Assembly (NCBI GenBank): GCA_050014975.1
Contig: JBEKCH010000004.1
Location: forward strand, 9,505 to 73,504
Direction of reading: 5' to 3'
DNA: 64,000 nt
From: Candidatus Limnocylindrales bacterium
GTDB taxonomy: Bacteria; Chloroflexota; Limnocylindria; Limnocylindrales; CSP1-4
Part shown: positions 26,096 through 35,304 of the stretch, one piece after another
How the letters are laid out: each line of letters starts with the position of its first letter
Position numbering within the stretch: position 1 is the first letter of the stretch
Made by a program: the position numbers and the translations under genes
The notes under the pieces: generated by a model
Told to the model about the DNA's origin: nothing
Database searches by the model: none
What the model saw: only the letters and a program-made list of their open reading frames with translations

Positions 26096-28621
26096 CTATG
26101 CCAGGGCGGGCGGCTGATCTACCGGCGGCGGGAAGCCGGGCCGGACCCGGCCTTCGGTGCCGGTCTCCGCCTCGGGCTCCTTGCCGCCACCCGCGGGCTT
26201 GCCCGGTTCGGCGCTGAGTGGCATCGGCTTGCCCCGGAGGGCCGCCTCGAGCACCTGGTCCATGTTCTCGACCAGAACGAGCTTGATCTGCTTGCGGATC
26301 TCCTCGGGGATGTCCCGCAGGTCTTTCTCGTTCTTCTTGGGCAGGATGACCATCTTGGCGCCGGAAAGGTGGGCGGCCAGGATCTTGCTCTTCAGGCCGC
26401 CGATCGGCAGAACCCTGCCGCGCAGGGTGATCTCGCCGGTCATCGCGACGTCCTTGCGGACCGGGATGCCGGTGAAGGCGCTGATCATGGCCGTGGCCAT
26501 CGTGATCCCCGCCGACGGGCCGTCCTTGGGGATGCCGCCGGCCGGAACGTGGATGTGCAGCGTGTTCTTTTCGAAGACCTCGCGCTTGATGCCGAGCTGG
26601 GCGGCGTGGGCGCGGATCCACGACAGACCCGCCCGGGCCGACTCGCGCATGACCTCGCCGAGCTGGCCGGTGAGGATGAAATCCTCCTTGCCCTCCATGA
26701 GCGTGACCTCGATGGCGATCACGTCGCCGCCGACCTCGGTCACGACCAGGCCGGTCGCTGCGCCCGTCTGGTCCTCGGACTCGAGCTCGCCGTACTCGAA
26801 GCGCTGCGGCCCGAGGTACTCGACGAGCTTCTTGACGTCGACCACGGTCTTACGCTTGCGGCCCTCGGCCACTGCCCGGGCCACCTTGCGCATGACGTTG
26901 GCGATCTCGCGCTCCATGTTCCGGACGCCGGCCTCGTGCGTGTACGAGCGAACCAGCTCGACCATCGCCTCGTCCGTGATAGCGATCGTCTTCTCGCTGA
27001 GGCCGTGGTTCTTCATCTGCTTGGGGATGAGGAACCGCTTGCCGATCTCGATCTTCTCGGTCTCGGTGTAGCCCGGCAGCTGGATGACCTCCATGCGGTC
27101 GCGCAGCGGCGCGGGGATCGGGTCGAGCAGGTTGGCGGTCGTGATGAACAGCACCTTCGAGAGGTCGAAGGGCACCTCCAGGTAGTTGTCCTGGAAGGTG
27201 TTGTTCTGCTCCGGATCGAGAACTTCCAGCAGCGCCGAGCTCGGGTCGCCCCGGAAGTCCATACCGATCTTGTCGACCTCGTCGAGCATGAAGACCGGGT
27301 TGTTCGAGCCGCCCGTCTTGACGTTCTGGATGATCCGGCCGGGCAGCGCGCCGATGTAGGTGCGCCGATGGCCGCGGATCTCGGCCTCGTCGTGGATGCC
27401 GCCCAGGCTCATGCGCACGAACTTGCGGCCCATGGCCCGAGCGATACTCCTGCCGAGCGAGGTCTTGCCGACGCCGGGCGGTCCGACGAAGGCGAGGATC
27501 GGGCTGCGCAGCGTCTGGGCCAGGCTTCTCACGGCCAGGTACTCGAGGATGCGTTCCTTGATCTTCTCCAGGCCGTAGTGGTCCTCGTCGAGGATCTTGG
27601 CCGCCGCCTTAATGTCCAGGTTGTCCGTCGTGGAGACATCCCAGGGCAGGGCGACCAGCCAGTCCACATAGGTCCGGATGACGCCGACCTCGGGCGAGGC
27701 CGACGGGATCCGGCTCATGCGGTCGACCTCTTTGAGCGCCCGAGCCTTGACCTCCTCGGGCATGCCGGCCTGTTCGACCTTGTCGCGCAGCTCGTTGATC
27801 TCGGCCTGCTGCGGGTCGTCCTCGCCGAGCTCGCGCTGAATGGCTTTCAGCTGCTCGCGCAGGATGTACTCCCGCTGGGTCTTGTCCATCTCGGACTTGA
27901 CCTCGGACTGGATCTTGCCCTTCAGCTCCAGGATCTCGATCTGGCGGCCCAGGAAGGTGGAGACGATCTTGAGCCTCTCCAGCACGTCCGTCGTCTCGAG
28001 GAGCTGCATCCGCTGCTCCGTGGAAAGATCCGGGCTGTAGGCGACCATATCGGCCAGGAGGCCGGGCTCGCTGATGTTGCGGGCGGCCACGGCGGCCTCC
28101 GGCGGCACGGGCGCGCCGTTGGCGACGTACTGCTCGATCTGGGCCTGGACGGTGCGCATCAGGGCCTGGACTTCGATGCCCTCCGGCGTCACGTCCGGGA
28201 GATCTTCGACGCGCACGACGATGTAAGGACTGGTCTGCGCAAAACCCACGACCCGAAGCCGGCCCTGGCCCTGGACGATGGCCCGGACGGTGCCGTCCTG
28301 GAGCTGCACGACCTGGGCGATCTTGGCCAGAGTCCCGACCGTGAACAGCTCGGCCGGGTCTTCGATCTCCTCGCGTTCGGCCTCGCGCTGGGTCACCAGC
28401 GCGATCGGGCCGCTGGCGGCCACGGCCGCGTTGAGCGCGGCAACGCTCTTGTCCCGCCCCACCTGGAGCGGCACGATCATCTCGGGGAAGATGACCGTCT
28501 CGCGCAAGGCGACGAGGGGGAGTTCCCGGACACCCGGCGCGTGGACCTGCTGCTCGCCGCTCGGGACGTCATCGGCGTCCTGGACGCGCTCGTCGTCCTG
28601 TTCGGCCGGCCGGTCAGTCAT
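26096..28621 (-). CDS. lon: ATP-dependent Lon protease (LonA)
   Basis: LON N-domain, AAA+ (GPPGVGKTS), proteolytic domain with PKDGPSAG (catalytic Ser) and K in the GGLKSK region. Gly/Pro-rich C-terminal extension. Confidence 0.95.
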   Translation of the reverse strand: MTDRPAEQDDERVQDADDVPSGEQQVHAPGVRELPLVALRETVIFPEMIVPLQVGRDKSVAALNAAVAASGPIALVTQREAEREEIEDPAELFTVGTLAKIAQVVQLQDGTVRAIVQGQGRLRVVGFAQTSPYIVVRVEDLPDVTPEGIEVQALMRTVQAQIEQYVANGAPVPPEAAVAARNISEPGLLADMVAYSPDLSTEQRMQLLETTDVLERLKIVSTFLGRQIEILELKGKIQSEVKSEMDKTQREYILREQLKAIQRELGEDDPQQAEINELRDKVEQAGMPEEVKARALKEVDRMSRIPSASPEVGVIRTYVDWLVALPWDVSTTDNLDIKAAAKILDEDHYGLEKIKERILEYLAVRSLAQTLRSPILAFVGPPGVGKTSLGRSIARAMGRKFVRMSLGGIHDEAEIRGHRRTYIGALPGRIIQNVKTGGSNNPVFMLDEVDKIGMDFRGDPSSALLEVLDPEQNNTFQDNYLEVPFDLSKVLFITTANLLDPIPAPLRDRMEVIQLPGYTETEKIEIGKRFLIPKQMKNHGLSEKTIAITDEAMVELVRSYTHEAGVRNMEREIANVMRKVARAVAEGRKRKTVVDVKKLVEYLGPQRFEYGELESEDQTGAATGLVVTEVGGDVIAIEVTLMEGKEDFILTGQLGEVMRESARAGLSWIRAHAAQLGIKREVFEKNTLHIHVPAGGIPKDGPSAGITMATAMISAFTGIPVRKDVAMTGEITLRGRVLPIGGLKSKILAAHLSGAKMVILPKKNEKDLRDIPEEIRKQIKLVLVENMDQVLEAALRGKPMPLSAEPGKPAGGGKEPEAETGTEGRVRPGFPPPVDQPPALA

Positions 28622-29144
28622 TGGATTCTCCTGATCGAGTGGTGGTCACGCGGGTGGCCACTATACGGGTGATGGGTCGGGCGGGCGGCTGAGCCGGCCA
28701 CTCGGTGTGGCCGGCGGCCCAGTTATTCTCCGTACCGTCGAATCCGTCTCCGTCGGGAGGGGTTTCGGCTGCGCGGCGGTTCGTTGTGTCGGTGGATTCA
28801 CCGGTTTCGGGCTGGCGCGCGGCAGCGACCGCGGCTTCTCGAGCCCGCGTGTCGTCGAACAGGGCCTCGAGAATGTGCGTCCCGAGTCTCTCTTCGAGCT
28901 CGAAGAGCAACTTCACCCCGGCGAGGTTGACGCCTCTCTCTTGAGTGAGGCGTCGGATCCACAGGATCCGACGGATGTCGTTCTCGGAGTAGAGGCGGAT
29001 GTTCGTCGGCGTCCGGGCAGGCGCCAGCAGGCCCTCGTCTTCGTAGATCCGCAGGGTGCGCGGGTGAACCTGGACCAGGCTGGCCGCGACGCTGATCACG
29101 AAGCAAGGGCGCCCCGGATCCCGCTGGAAATGCCGATCGGACAC
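28614..29144 (-). CDS. hspR: MerR-family heat-shock repressor HspR
   Basis: FVISVAASLVQVHPRTLRIYEDEGLLAPARTPTNIRLYSENDIRRILWIRRLTQERGVNLAGVKLLFELE is a typical HspR HTH plus dimerisation helix. I prefer GTG 29144, 7 nt after the hsp20 stop. ATG 29195 or 29192 are possible. The stop overlaps the lon start by 8 nt. Confidence 0.8.
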   Translation of the reverse strand: MSDRHFQRDPGRPCFVISVAASLVQVHPRTLRIYEDEGLLAPARTPTNIRLYSENDIRRILWIRRLTQERGVNLAGVKLLFELEERLGTHILEALFDDTRAREAAVAAARQPETGESTDTTNRRAAETPPDGDGFDGTENNWAAGHTEWPAQPPARPITRIVATRVTTTRSGESND

Positions 29145-29151
29145 CGTCTGC

Positions 29152-29637
29152 CTACTTCGTCGCGGCCTTGGCCGATTGCGTATGTGGGCCATCACCGGAT
29201 GTGATCTTGATCTGCCGCGGCTTGACCTGCTCGGCCTTCGGGATGCGAAGGGTGAGCACGCCGTCCTCGAACGTGGCCGTGGCCTTGTCCGGCTCCAGGC
29301 CGGCGGGCAGGGTCAGCGTCCTGCTGAACGCGCCACGCCGGATCTCCTGGATCAGCGTGGATCCCTCCTCATCCTTTCGGGAAGAGCGGGTCTCGCCGGC
29401 AATCGTCAGAGTGTTGTCCTCGACGGTGATCTCGACCTCCTCAGGCTTGACGCCGGGCAGGTTGGCCTCGAGGACGAGGTCCTCGTCCGTGGCGTAGACG
29501 TCCATGGCTACGGGCTGATGGTCGCCCCAGCTCCACGTCCGCGGGTTCACGAAGCTCTCCTCGAAAAGGCGATCCATCGCCTGTCGCAGCGAGAGCAGGT
29601 CGCCAAAGGGAGCCGAAGAGCGGCGAACTATCGTCAT
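29152..29637 (-). CDS. Small heat-shock protein (Hsp20 / alpha-crystallin family)
   Basis: Alpha-crystallin domain: VDVYATDEDLVLEANLPGVKPEEVEITVEDNTLTIAGE...FSRTLTLP...ATFEDGVLTLRIPK. SD ggaggtg upstream of ATG 29637. Confidence 0.9.
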   Translation of the reverse strand: MTIVRRSSAPFGDLLSLRQAMDRLFEESFVNPRTWSWGDHQPVAMDVYATDEDLVLEANLPGVKPEEVEITVEDNTLTIAGETRSSRKDEEGSTLIQEIRRGAFSRTLTLPAGLEPDKATATFEDGVLTLRIPKAEQVKPRQIKITSGDGPHTQSAKAATK

Positions 29638-29717
29638 CTTGCACCTCCAACCGGCCGGGTCTTGACTCTCTGGCGGCCCACCGTGGGCCTTTCCGACCGA
29701 CCGAATGACGCACCCAC

Positions 29718-29748
29718 AACATAGAACCTTGACAAGATCGTTGTCAAG
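29718..29748 (-). promoter_or_regulatory. Putative sigma-70-type promoter of the heat-shock block, overlapped by a HAIR-like HspR operator
   Basis: Minus strand reads TTGACA (29747-29742), an 18-nt spacer, then TATGTT (29723-29718). The perfect palindrome CTTGACA-N7-TGTCAAG (29728-29748) overlaps the -35. The canonical HAIR is CTTGAGT-N7-ACTCAAG. Confidence 0.5.
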
Positions 29749-29983
29749 TGTGTTGACTGAGTAGAAGCCTTATATCTGACGGCGGTTCCGTACGGTGGGC
29801 CGCCGCGGGATCGAGGCCACCGCGGGATCCGGCCGCGGCGCTACCCCACCGGGGCCAGCGGCAGCGGTCTCCGAGAGCCCGTGCGAACAGAGGCTCTTGC
29901 GCTGCCCCACCCGGAAATGCAGACTTCGCTAATGGTCGCTGGGGGCGCCCATCGGGGTGCGGCGACCGTCCCGGGGGAGTCGG

Positions 29984-30880
29984 ATGTCGAGCGCTACCGA
30001 CAAACCGAGCACAGCGTCCGCGCAGGCTGAGGAAACGGCCAGCTGGGTCGCGGCCGCCGAGGGCTTCGTCGCGTGGGCGACCCAGTCCAAGGCGGCCAAT
30101 CTCGACTACAGCTGGCGCAGCCTGGGCGAGGTCGACCGGCTGATGGAGGAGATCGCCGCCAAGAACCCCATCAGCCTCAAGACTCACCTGGGCCTGGCCG
30201 CCTACGTGGGCGAGGTCCTCGTCCGCCAGTTCGGCGGGCGCTGGGCCACCGGCGAGCACTACGGGGAGGTGATGCCGCCGGAGATCGCCCCCAAACGAGC
30301 CAAAGCCAGGTTCGAGCCGGCGCAACCGACACAGATGGTCGAGAAGCGCCTCACGCATGGCGACACCCTCCAGCACCAGGTTTTCGAGCAGAGCCGCGCC
30401 TGGGCGGTCCAACACGGACTCGTGGCCGGGACGACCGACCTCGACGGCCCGGCTTCGATGATGCGAATGGCTGCCGACAGTTTCGTGAAGCCGGCGATCG
30501 CGGGCGGAGCGGCGTGGCTCGACTACTCGCCCCAGAGCGTCGATCGCCTGGACGAGCTGATCGCGGAATCGTGGCCGGGCGTGCCCGAGAAGGGCACCTA
30601 CAGATCGATGGTGCCAGCCATCGGAGCCTACGTCGGCGAGGTCCTGGTGAAGCACACCGGCGCCCGCTGGATCCGCGACCCGAAGGAAGGCTACGGCGTG
30701 GAGCGCGACGGGCAGGTGGCGTTCCCGATGGCCGAAGTGGCCAAACGCTTCGAGCTCGGACCGGAGCACGCCATCGGCCGCTTCTACCGCGACGTCGCGA
30801 GCCGCTGGCGCACGAGCAAGACGCGCACGCGGCCGACCCAGAACGAGAAGCGTGGGCTCTTCGGCCGCGGCCGCGGATAG
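29984..30880 (+). CDS. Hypothetical protein made of two copies of an unrecognised domain
   Basis: Internal duplication: LDYSWRSLGEVDRLMEEI...LAAYVGEVLVRQFGGRW versus LDYSPQSVDRLDELIAES...IGAYVGEVLVKHTGARW. ATG at 29984. Confidence 0.5.
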   Translation: MSSATDKPSTASAQAEETASWVAAAEGFVAWATQSKAANLDYSWRSLGEVDRLMEEIAAKNPISLKTHLGLAAYVGEVLVRQFGGRWATGEHYGEVMPPEIAPKRAKARFEPAQPTQMVEKRLTHGDTLQHQVFEQSRAWAVQHGLVAGTTDLDGPASMMRMAADSFVKPAIAGGAAWLDYSPQSVDRLDELIAESWPGVPEKGTYRSMVPAIGAYVGEVLVKHTGARWIRDPKEGYGVERDGQVAFPMAEVAKRFELGPEHAIGRFYRDVASRWRTSKTRTRPTQNEKRGLFGRGRG

Positions 30881-30967
30881 CCCCGAATCGGCCGTGTGAC
30901 CGGAGCCCCGAAGCCCGGCGTCCGCCAGCCCCGGGCCCTGCCAGGCCACGCGGATCCGAACCCGGCG

Positions 30968-31648
30968 CTACTCCCCGGCTTCGGTCTCCTCGCCCAGGAG
31001 GAGCCGGTGCAGCTCGCTCTCGCACTCCGTCCGGCCGATGCCGATGAGCTTGTCGCCCGCGCGCAGCTCCGTGTCGGCGCGCACTGAAAGCGCCCGCTCG
31101 TCGCGAATCAAGGCGAAGATCGAGCAGCCCTCCGGCAGCGACAGGCTGCCCGCCGGGCGGCCCACGGCCGGCGAACCTTCACGCAGCTGAGCTTCGACCA
31201 GTTCCAGCTCGCCGGCGCCACCCAGGACGGCCAGATGGAGCAGCTCGTGGACGGGGATGTCGGCCTCGATCGAGCCCAGGATCATGCGGGTCGGCGAGAC
31301 GATCTCGTCCACGCCGAGGTGCTTGAAAAGGCTCTCGTTCTTGGGGTTGTTCACGCGGGCGATCGTGCGCGGCACGGCGAAGTGGTGCTTGGCCATCTGG
31401 CAGATGACGAGGTTGTCCTCGTCGTCGCCGGTTACCGCGGCCACGATGTCGGCGCGGTTGGCGCCGGCCTCGCCCAGGTACTTGCCCTCACAACCATCGT
31501 GCGGGATGACGATCGAGCCGATCTCCTCGGTTATCTGCGTGGCCCGCGCCCGGTCGCGCTCCATGAGCGCGACCTCGTGGCCCGACTGGATGAGCTCGCG
31601 GGCGAGGAAGTACCCGACCTTGCCGCCGCCTACGACGATGACGAACAC
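30968..31648 (-). CDS. trkA: TrkA-family K+ transport regulatory protein (TrkA-N plus TrkA-C)
   Basis: VFVIVVGGGKVGYFLARELIQSGHEVALME Rossmann motif and a C-terminal TrkA-C domain (PEGCSIFALIRDERALSVRADTELRAGDKLI). GTG start at 31648 with ggagg SD. Confidence 0.85.
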   Translation of the reverse strand: MFVIVVGGGKVGYFLARELIQSGHEVALMERDRARATQITEEIGSIVIPHDGCEGKYLGEAGANRADIVAAVTGDDEDNLVICQMAKHHFAVPRTIARVNNPKNESLFKHLGVDEIVSPTRMILGSIEADIPVHELLHLAVLGGAGELELVEAQLREGSPAVGRPAGSLSLPEGCSIFALIRDERALSVRADTELRAGDKLIGIGRTECESELHRLLLGEETEAGE

Positions 31649-31667
31649 GTCGACCTCCTACCCGCGA

Positions 31668-32309
31668 TCAGCCGCGCCGCCGGGGGAAGCCGAGGCGCGA
31701 CGTTCGTGCGGCATCGACCTCCTTGCCCGGGACGCTGCGGGGACTCGTGGAGCCAGGCTCGCCGGTACCGCCATGCGGCCCGGGGGCGCGACTCGAGCTG
31801 GAAGACTCTGCATCCTCGCCGATCGGGGCGACCGGCAGGCCACTCGCGGTGGGGTGTGGATGCCTGCGGCTTTCCACCTCCGGAGTGTCGATGCCCGGCC
31901 CGGTCGACATCGGCAGATTCAGGTACTGCGCGACCGTATCGACGATCAGGTTCGTCCGGCAGAGCGTTACCACTCCCAGCTCGGCGTAGGCTGCGGCGCG
32001 AACAGGGTCGTTGATCTTGGCGATCACCTGCGGGATGGCGAGCGACTCGGTCGCCACCTGGGCGGCCATCACGTTGCGGTTGTCGCCCTCGGTCAGCGAA
32101 AGGAAGATGTCGGCCCCGTCCGCACCGCCCGCGCGCAGGACTGCTTCGTCGGTGCCGTCGCCCCGGATCGCGGCGCCCTTGAACGTCGCCGGCAGCCGGT
32201 CGAAGGCCGCCGTTCGAATGTCGAAGATGATCACCTCGTGGCCATCCGCGTCGAGGTTCTCGGCCAGCGTCGAGCCGACGCGACCGCAGCCCACGATCAC
32301 GATCTTCAT
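31668..32309 (-). CDS. TrkA-N domain protein with a disordered tail and no recognisable TrkA-C
   Basis: MKIVIVGCGRVGSTLAENLDADGHEVIIFD. After about 130 aa the sequence becomes Pro/Ser/Gly-rich. ATG 32309 overlaps the usp TGA (ATGA). Confidence 0.75.
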   Translation of the reverse strand: MKIVIVGCGRVGSTLAENLDADGHEVIIFDIRTAAFDRLPATFKGAAIRGDGTDEAVLRAGGADGADIFLSLTEGDNRNVMAAQVATESLAIPQVIAKINDPVRAAAYAELGVVTLCRTNLIVDTVAQYLNLPMSTGPGIDTPEVESRRHPHPTASGLPVAPIGEDAESSSSSRAPGPHGGTGEPGSTSPRSVPGKEVDAARTSRLGFPRRRG

Positions 32310-32764
32310 CGAGACTCCTCGCCCATCGGCTCACGCACCACCCACACCGCGCAGGGGGCGCTCTTGAATGCGTAGGGGACTGCCCGTCCGATGGCGAAGT
32401 CGCCGCCGAATCGGGTTCGGTATGGAAGGCCCAGGATGAGCAGATCCGCGTTGCGCGCAGCCGCCTCGTCGACGATCGCCGCTCCGACGTCGCGCGCCTG
32501 GACGAGCACGCACTCGAGGTTGCCGTGCATGGATTCCGCGATTCCCTCGGCCGCGTCCAGGACACGCTGCGCTTCCTCCGACCGCTCGGCGACATCGGCG
32601 TCCAGCGGCACGGTCCAGTCCAGCTCGACCACGTGAACCGCGATCAGCTCCGCATGGCCGGCGCGGCCAAGCTCGCAGGCCAGGCGAACGATCGTCGCGT
32701 CGGCGGGTCCTCCGCTCAGCGCCACGACGGCGCGCCGGAAGACCGAGTGGCTGGCCTCGGGCAC
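32306..32764 (-). CDS. Universal stress protein (UspA family)
   Basis: AVVALSGGPADATIVRLA...LIAVHVVE...ADLLILGLPYRTRFGGDFAIGRAVPYAFKSAPCAVWVV. GTG at 32764 lies 5 nt after ggagg. Confidence 0.75.
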   Translation of the reverse strand: MPEASHSVFRRAVVALSGGPADATIVRLACELGRAGHAELIAVHVVELDWTVPLDADVAERSEEAQRVLDAAEGIAESMHGNLECVLVQARDVGAAIVDEAAARNADLLILGLPYRTRFGGDFAIGRAVPYAFKSAPCAVWVVREPMGEESR

Positions 32765-32947
32765 CTGACCTCCGTTCTCGGCCTCGCATGGTGGCGGGAT
32801 GAGACCGCGTTCGCCCCGGAACGATACCACCGCCCGCCCGGCACGTAGGGGCCAAAGCTAAGTAGGCGGATGGGTTTTCGCAGCTCGGCTCCTCGGCCGT
32901 TCGGCCCGACGCTCCGGCCCATCCGACCCGCCGGGCTCCCCCGCCGG

Positions 32948-35044
32948 TCAGCGCAGCCGGGCCGCCTCTCCTGGGTGGGTCTGGCCGCTGTCCGCCGCCA
33001 CCAGCGTGCCTGCCGGCTGCTCGGTCGCGGTGGCCGCGGGATGGGAGTCGTCGCGCCGGTAGGGCACGTTGATGACCACCGTGTGGGGCCGGCCCAGCAG
33101 CGCCGCCCGCAGCCGCTTGGCCGCCTGGTTGTAGAGCATCCGCTCCCACCAGCTGCGGGCCACGTACTCGGGGATGAGGACGAAGGTGATCGGCTTCTCT
33201 TGCTCGTTGGGCCAGGAGCGGTCCAGCACGTCGAGATAGGCCACCACGGGCCCGATCAGGGCCCGGTAGGGCGACTCCACGAGAACCAGGGGCACGTCCG
33301 GCACGGCCTGCGTCCACAGCTCGCGGATCTCGGCGCTCTTCTCGGGGTCGTCCGAGACGTGGACCGCCCGAATGTCCGTGGTTATCGAGCGGGCCACGTT
33401 GAGGGCCTGGACCAGCGCGCGATCGACACCCGAGATCGGGATCACGGCCCGGTTGTGGCGGTGGGGCTGTGGGATGGCCGTGCCGGGGCGCATCTGCAGC
33501 TGGCGGGCCGAGGACGCGTACTGGTGGCGAATGAACAGCATCATCGCTATCAAGGCCGGGATGAAGATGAGGACCATCCAAGCCCCGTTGATGAACTTCT
33601 CGGAGGCCACCACCAGGAAGACGACGGCGGTCAGGATCGCGCCGAAGCCGTTCACCACGCTTCGCCACGCCCATCCCGAGCTGCGCTCCTTGCGCCAGTG
33701 GACGACCATGCCGGCCTGCGACAGCGTGAAGCAGATGAAGACGCCGACCGAGTAGAGCGGAATGAGCGCGCCGACCGACGCGTCGAAAGCGTAGAGCATG
33801 CCGATGGCGACCGCGGCCAGGACAACGATGCCCCATGAGAAGGCCAGCCGGTCTCCGCGGAAGGCGAACTGGCGGGGCATGCAGTCGTCCTTGGCCAGGA
33901 TGGCCGCCAGGCGCGGGAAGGCATTGAAGCTGGTGTTGCAGGCCAGGAAGAGGATCAGTGCGGCGCTGACCTGCAGCAGGATGAACAGGAAGCCGCTGCC
34001 GAAGACGGCACTGCCCACCTGGCCGAGCACGGTCGGACCCTGAGAGGTGGTGGCCATCACGCCGTACTGCAAGCCCACGAAAGTCAGCCCGAGGAAGATC
34101 GTGCCCAGGAGCAAGGCCATGAGGATCAGCGTGTTCGCGGCGTTCTTCGCCTCGGGCGGCTTGAAGGCTGGGACGCCGTTGGCGATGGCTTCGACACCCG
34201 TCAGGGCGACCGACCCACCGGCGAAGGCCTTGAGCAGGAGGAGGAGGGTGAAGACCTGGGTTCCCGGCTGCTCCGCGAACGGAGGCGGGTTGAGGTGGTG
34301 CGCCGCGCCCGTGACGGTGTTCATCAGGCCGACGCCGATGGCGAGCAGGGCCATTGCGACGAAGAGGTACGTGGGAATCGCGAAGATGTTGCCCGACTCG
34401 CGGACGCCCCGGAGGTTGGCCGCCGTCACCAGGATGATGACGAGCGCGCCCAGCTCGACTTTGTATGGCTCGATGGCGGTGAAGGCCGTCGCCAGGTTGG
34501 CCAGGGCCGATGCACTCGAGACGGCGACCGTCATGACGTAGTCGACCATCAGCGCGGCGGCCGCGATGAGGCCGAAATTGGGGCCGAGGTTCTCGCGGGC
34601 GACCACGTAGGCGCCACCGCCCGACGGATATCCGCGGCAGACCTGGCGATAGCTGAAGGCCACGATCGTCAGCATCAGGGCGATGGCGCCGGCCACCCAG
34701 ATCGACCAGGTCATCCAGGCCAGCCCGGCCAGGATCAGGACTCGCAGGATCTCGTCGGTGGCGTATGCGGAGGACGAGATGGCGTCCGAGCTGAAGATCG
34801 GCAGGGCCAGCTTCTTGGACAGCCGCTCCTCGATCTCCTGGGCGCTCGAAAGCGGCTTGCCGAAGACGAGAGCGCGAACGCGAGCCAGGCGGCGACCGAA
34901 GGAGGTCGTGGGCGCGCTCGCGGCAGCCTTGGCGATCATCACGCCGGGGCCGGCGTAGCGGAAGTAGGCGGAATGCGGCCGATCGACCACCACGCGCCGG
35001 TCGCCGAGCTTGCGGCCCCGGAGCGGCGAGTTGGGAGCGGTCAT
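32948..35044 (-). CDS. APC-superfamily permease with a large C-terminal cytoplasmic domain
   Basis: About 12 TM helices starting LALPIFSSDAISSSAYATDEILRVL, followed by a soluble C-terminal domain of about 200 aa. It has the same architecture and neighbourhood as the mycobacterial permease next to ceoB/ceoC (recalled, not checked). ATG at 35044. Confidence 0.8.
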   Translation of the reverse strand: MTAPNSPLRGRKLGDRRVVVDRPHSAYFRYAGPGVMIAKAAASAPTTSFGRRLARVRALVFGKPLSSAQEIEERLSKKLALPIFSSDAISSSAYATDEILRVLILAGLAWMTWSIWVAGAIALMLTIVAFSYRQVCRGYPSGGGAYVVARENLGPNFGLIAAAALMVDYVMTVAVSSASALANLATAFTAIEPYKVELGALVIILVTAANLRGVRESGNIFAIPTYLFVAMALLAIGVGLMNTVTGAAHHLNPPPFAEQPGTQVFTLLLLLKAFAGGSVALTGVEAIANGVPAFKPPEAKNAANTLILMALLLGTIFLGLTFVGLQYGVMATTSQGPTVLGQVGSAVFGSGFLFILLQVSAALILFLACNTSFNAFPRLAAILAKDDCMPRQFAFRGDRLAFSWGIVVLAAVAIGMLYAFDASVGALIPLYSVGVFICFTLSQAGMVVHWRKERSSGWAWRSVVNGFGAILTAVVFLVVASEKFINGAWMVLIFIPALIAMMLFIRHQYASSARQLQMRPGTAIPQPHRHNRAVIPISGVDRALVQALNVARSITTDIRAVHVSDDPEKSAEIRELWTQAVPDVPLVLVESPYRALIGPVVAYLDVLDRSWPNEQEKPITFVLIPEYVARSWWERMLYNQAAKRLRAALLGRPHTVVINVPYRRDDSHPAATATEQPAGTLVAADSGQTHPGEAARLR

Positions 35045-35304
35045 CGACCGATTGATCCTCTCTGATGCGGGCTCTGACGCGTCAACGGCTCGCGGTCTTG
35101 GACCGGGCCGGCTGCGAACAACACTCGAGCTGGGCTGCGACCCGGCTGTCCGCGGGATCGTCCCCGCCACCCCGGGACGCGCCCGGCCCGGCGGGTGACG
35201 GATCCTCGTCGGACCGGCGCAAGGCTAGCACGACGCCCACCCTTGCGGTTCACGCAAGAGTCGAATCGGACGCGGTCAGGACGCGGTTTCCGCCGTCCCG
35301 GCCC

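Noticed and set aside
31668-32000. A frameshift hiding a TrkA-C domain in the N-only TrkA gene.
   Set aside because: I checked the other frames of this stretch in the ORF track and found no TrkA-C-like sequence. The tail appears genuinely low-complexity, although a sequencing check is still sensible.
35045-35304. c-di-AMP (ydaO/kimA-class) riboswitch call in the leader of the K+ operon.
   Set aside because: I found only loose resemblance (GGGGAC..., ...CAGCU...) and could not identify the conserved pseudo-two-fold motifs by eye. It is kept only as something to test under the operon finding, not as a feature.
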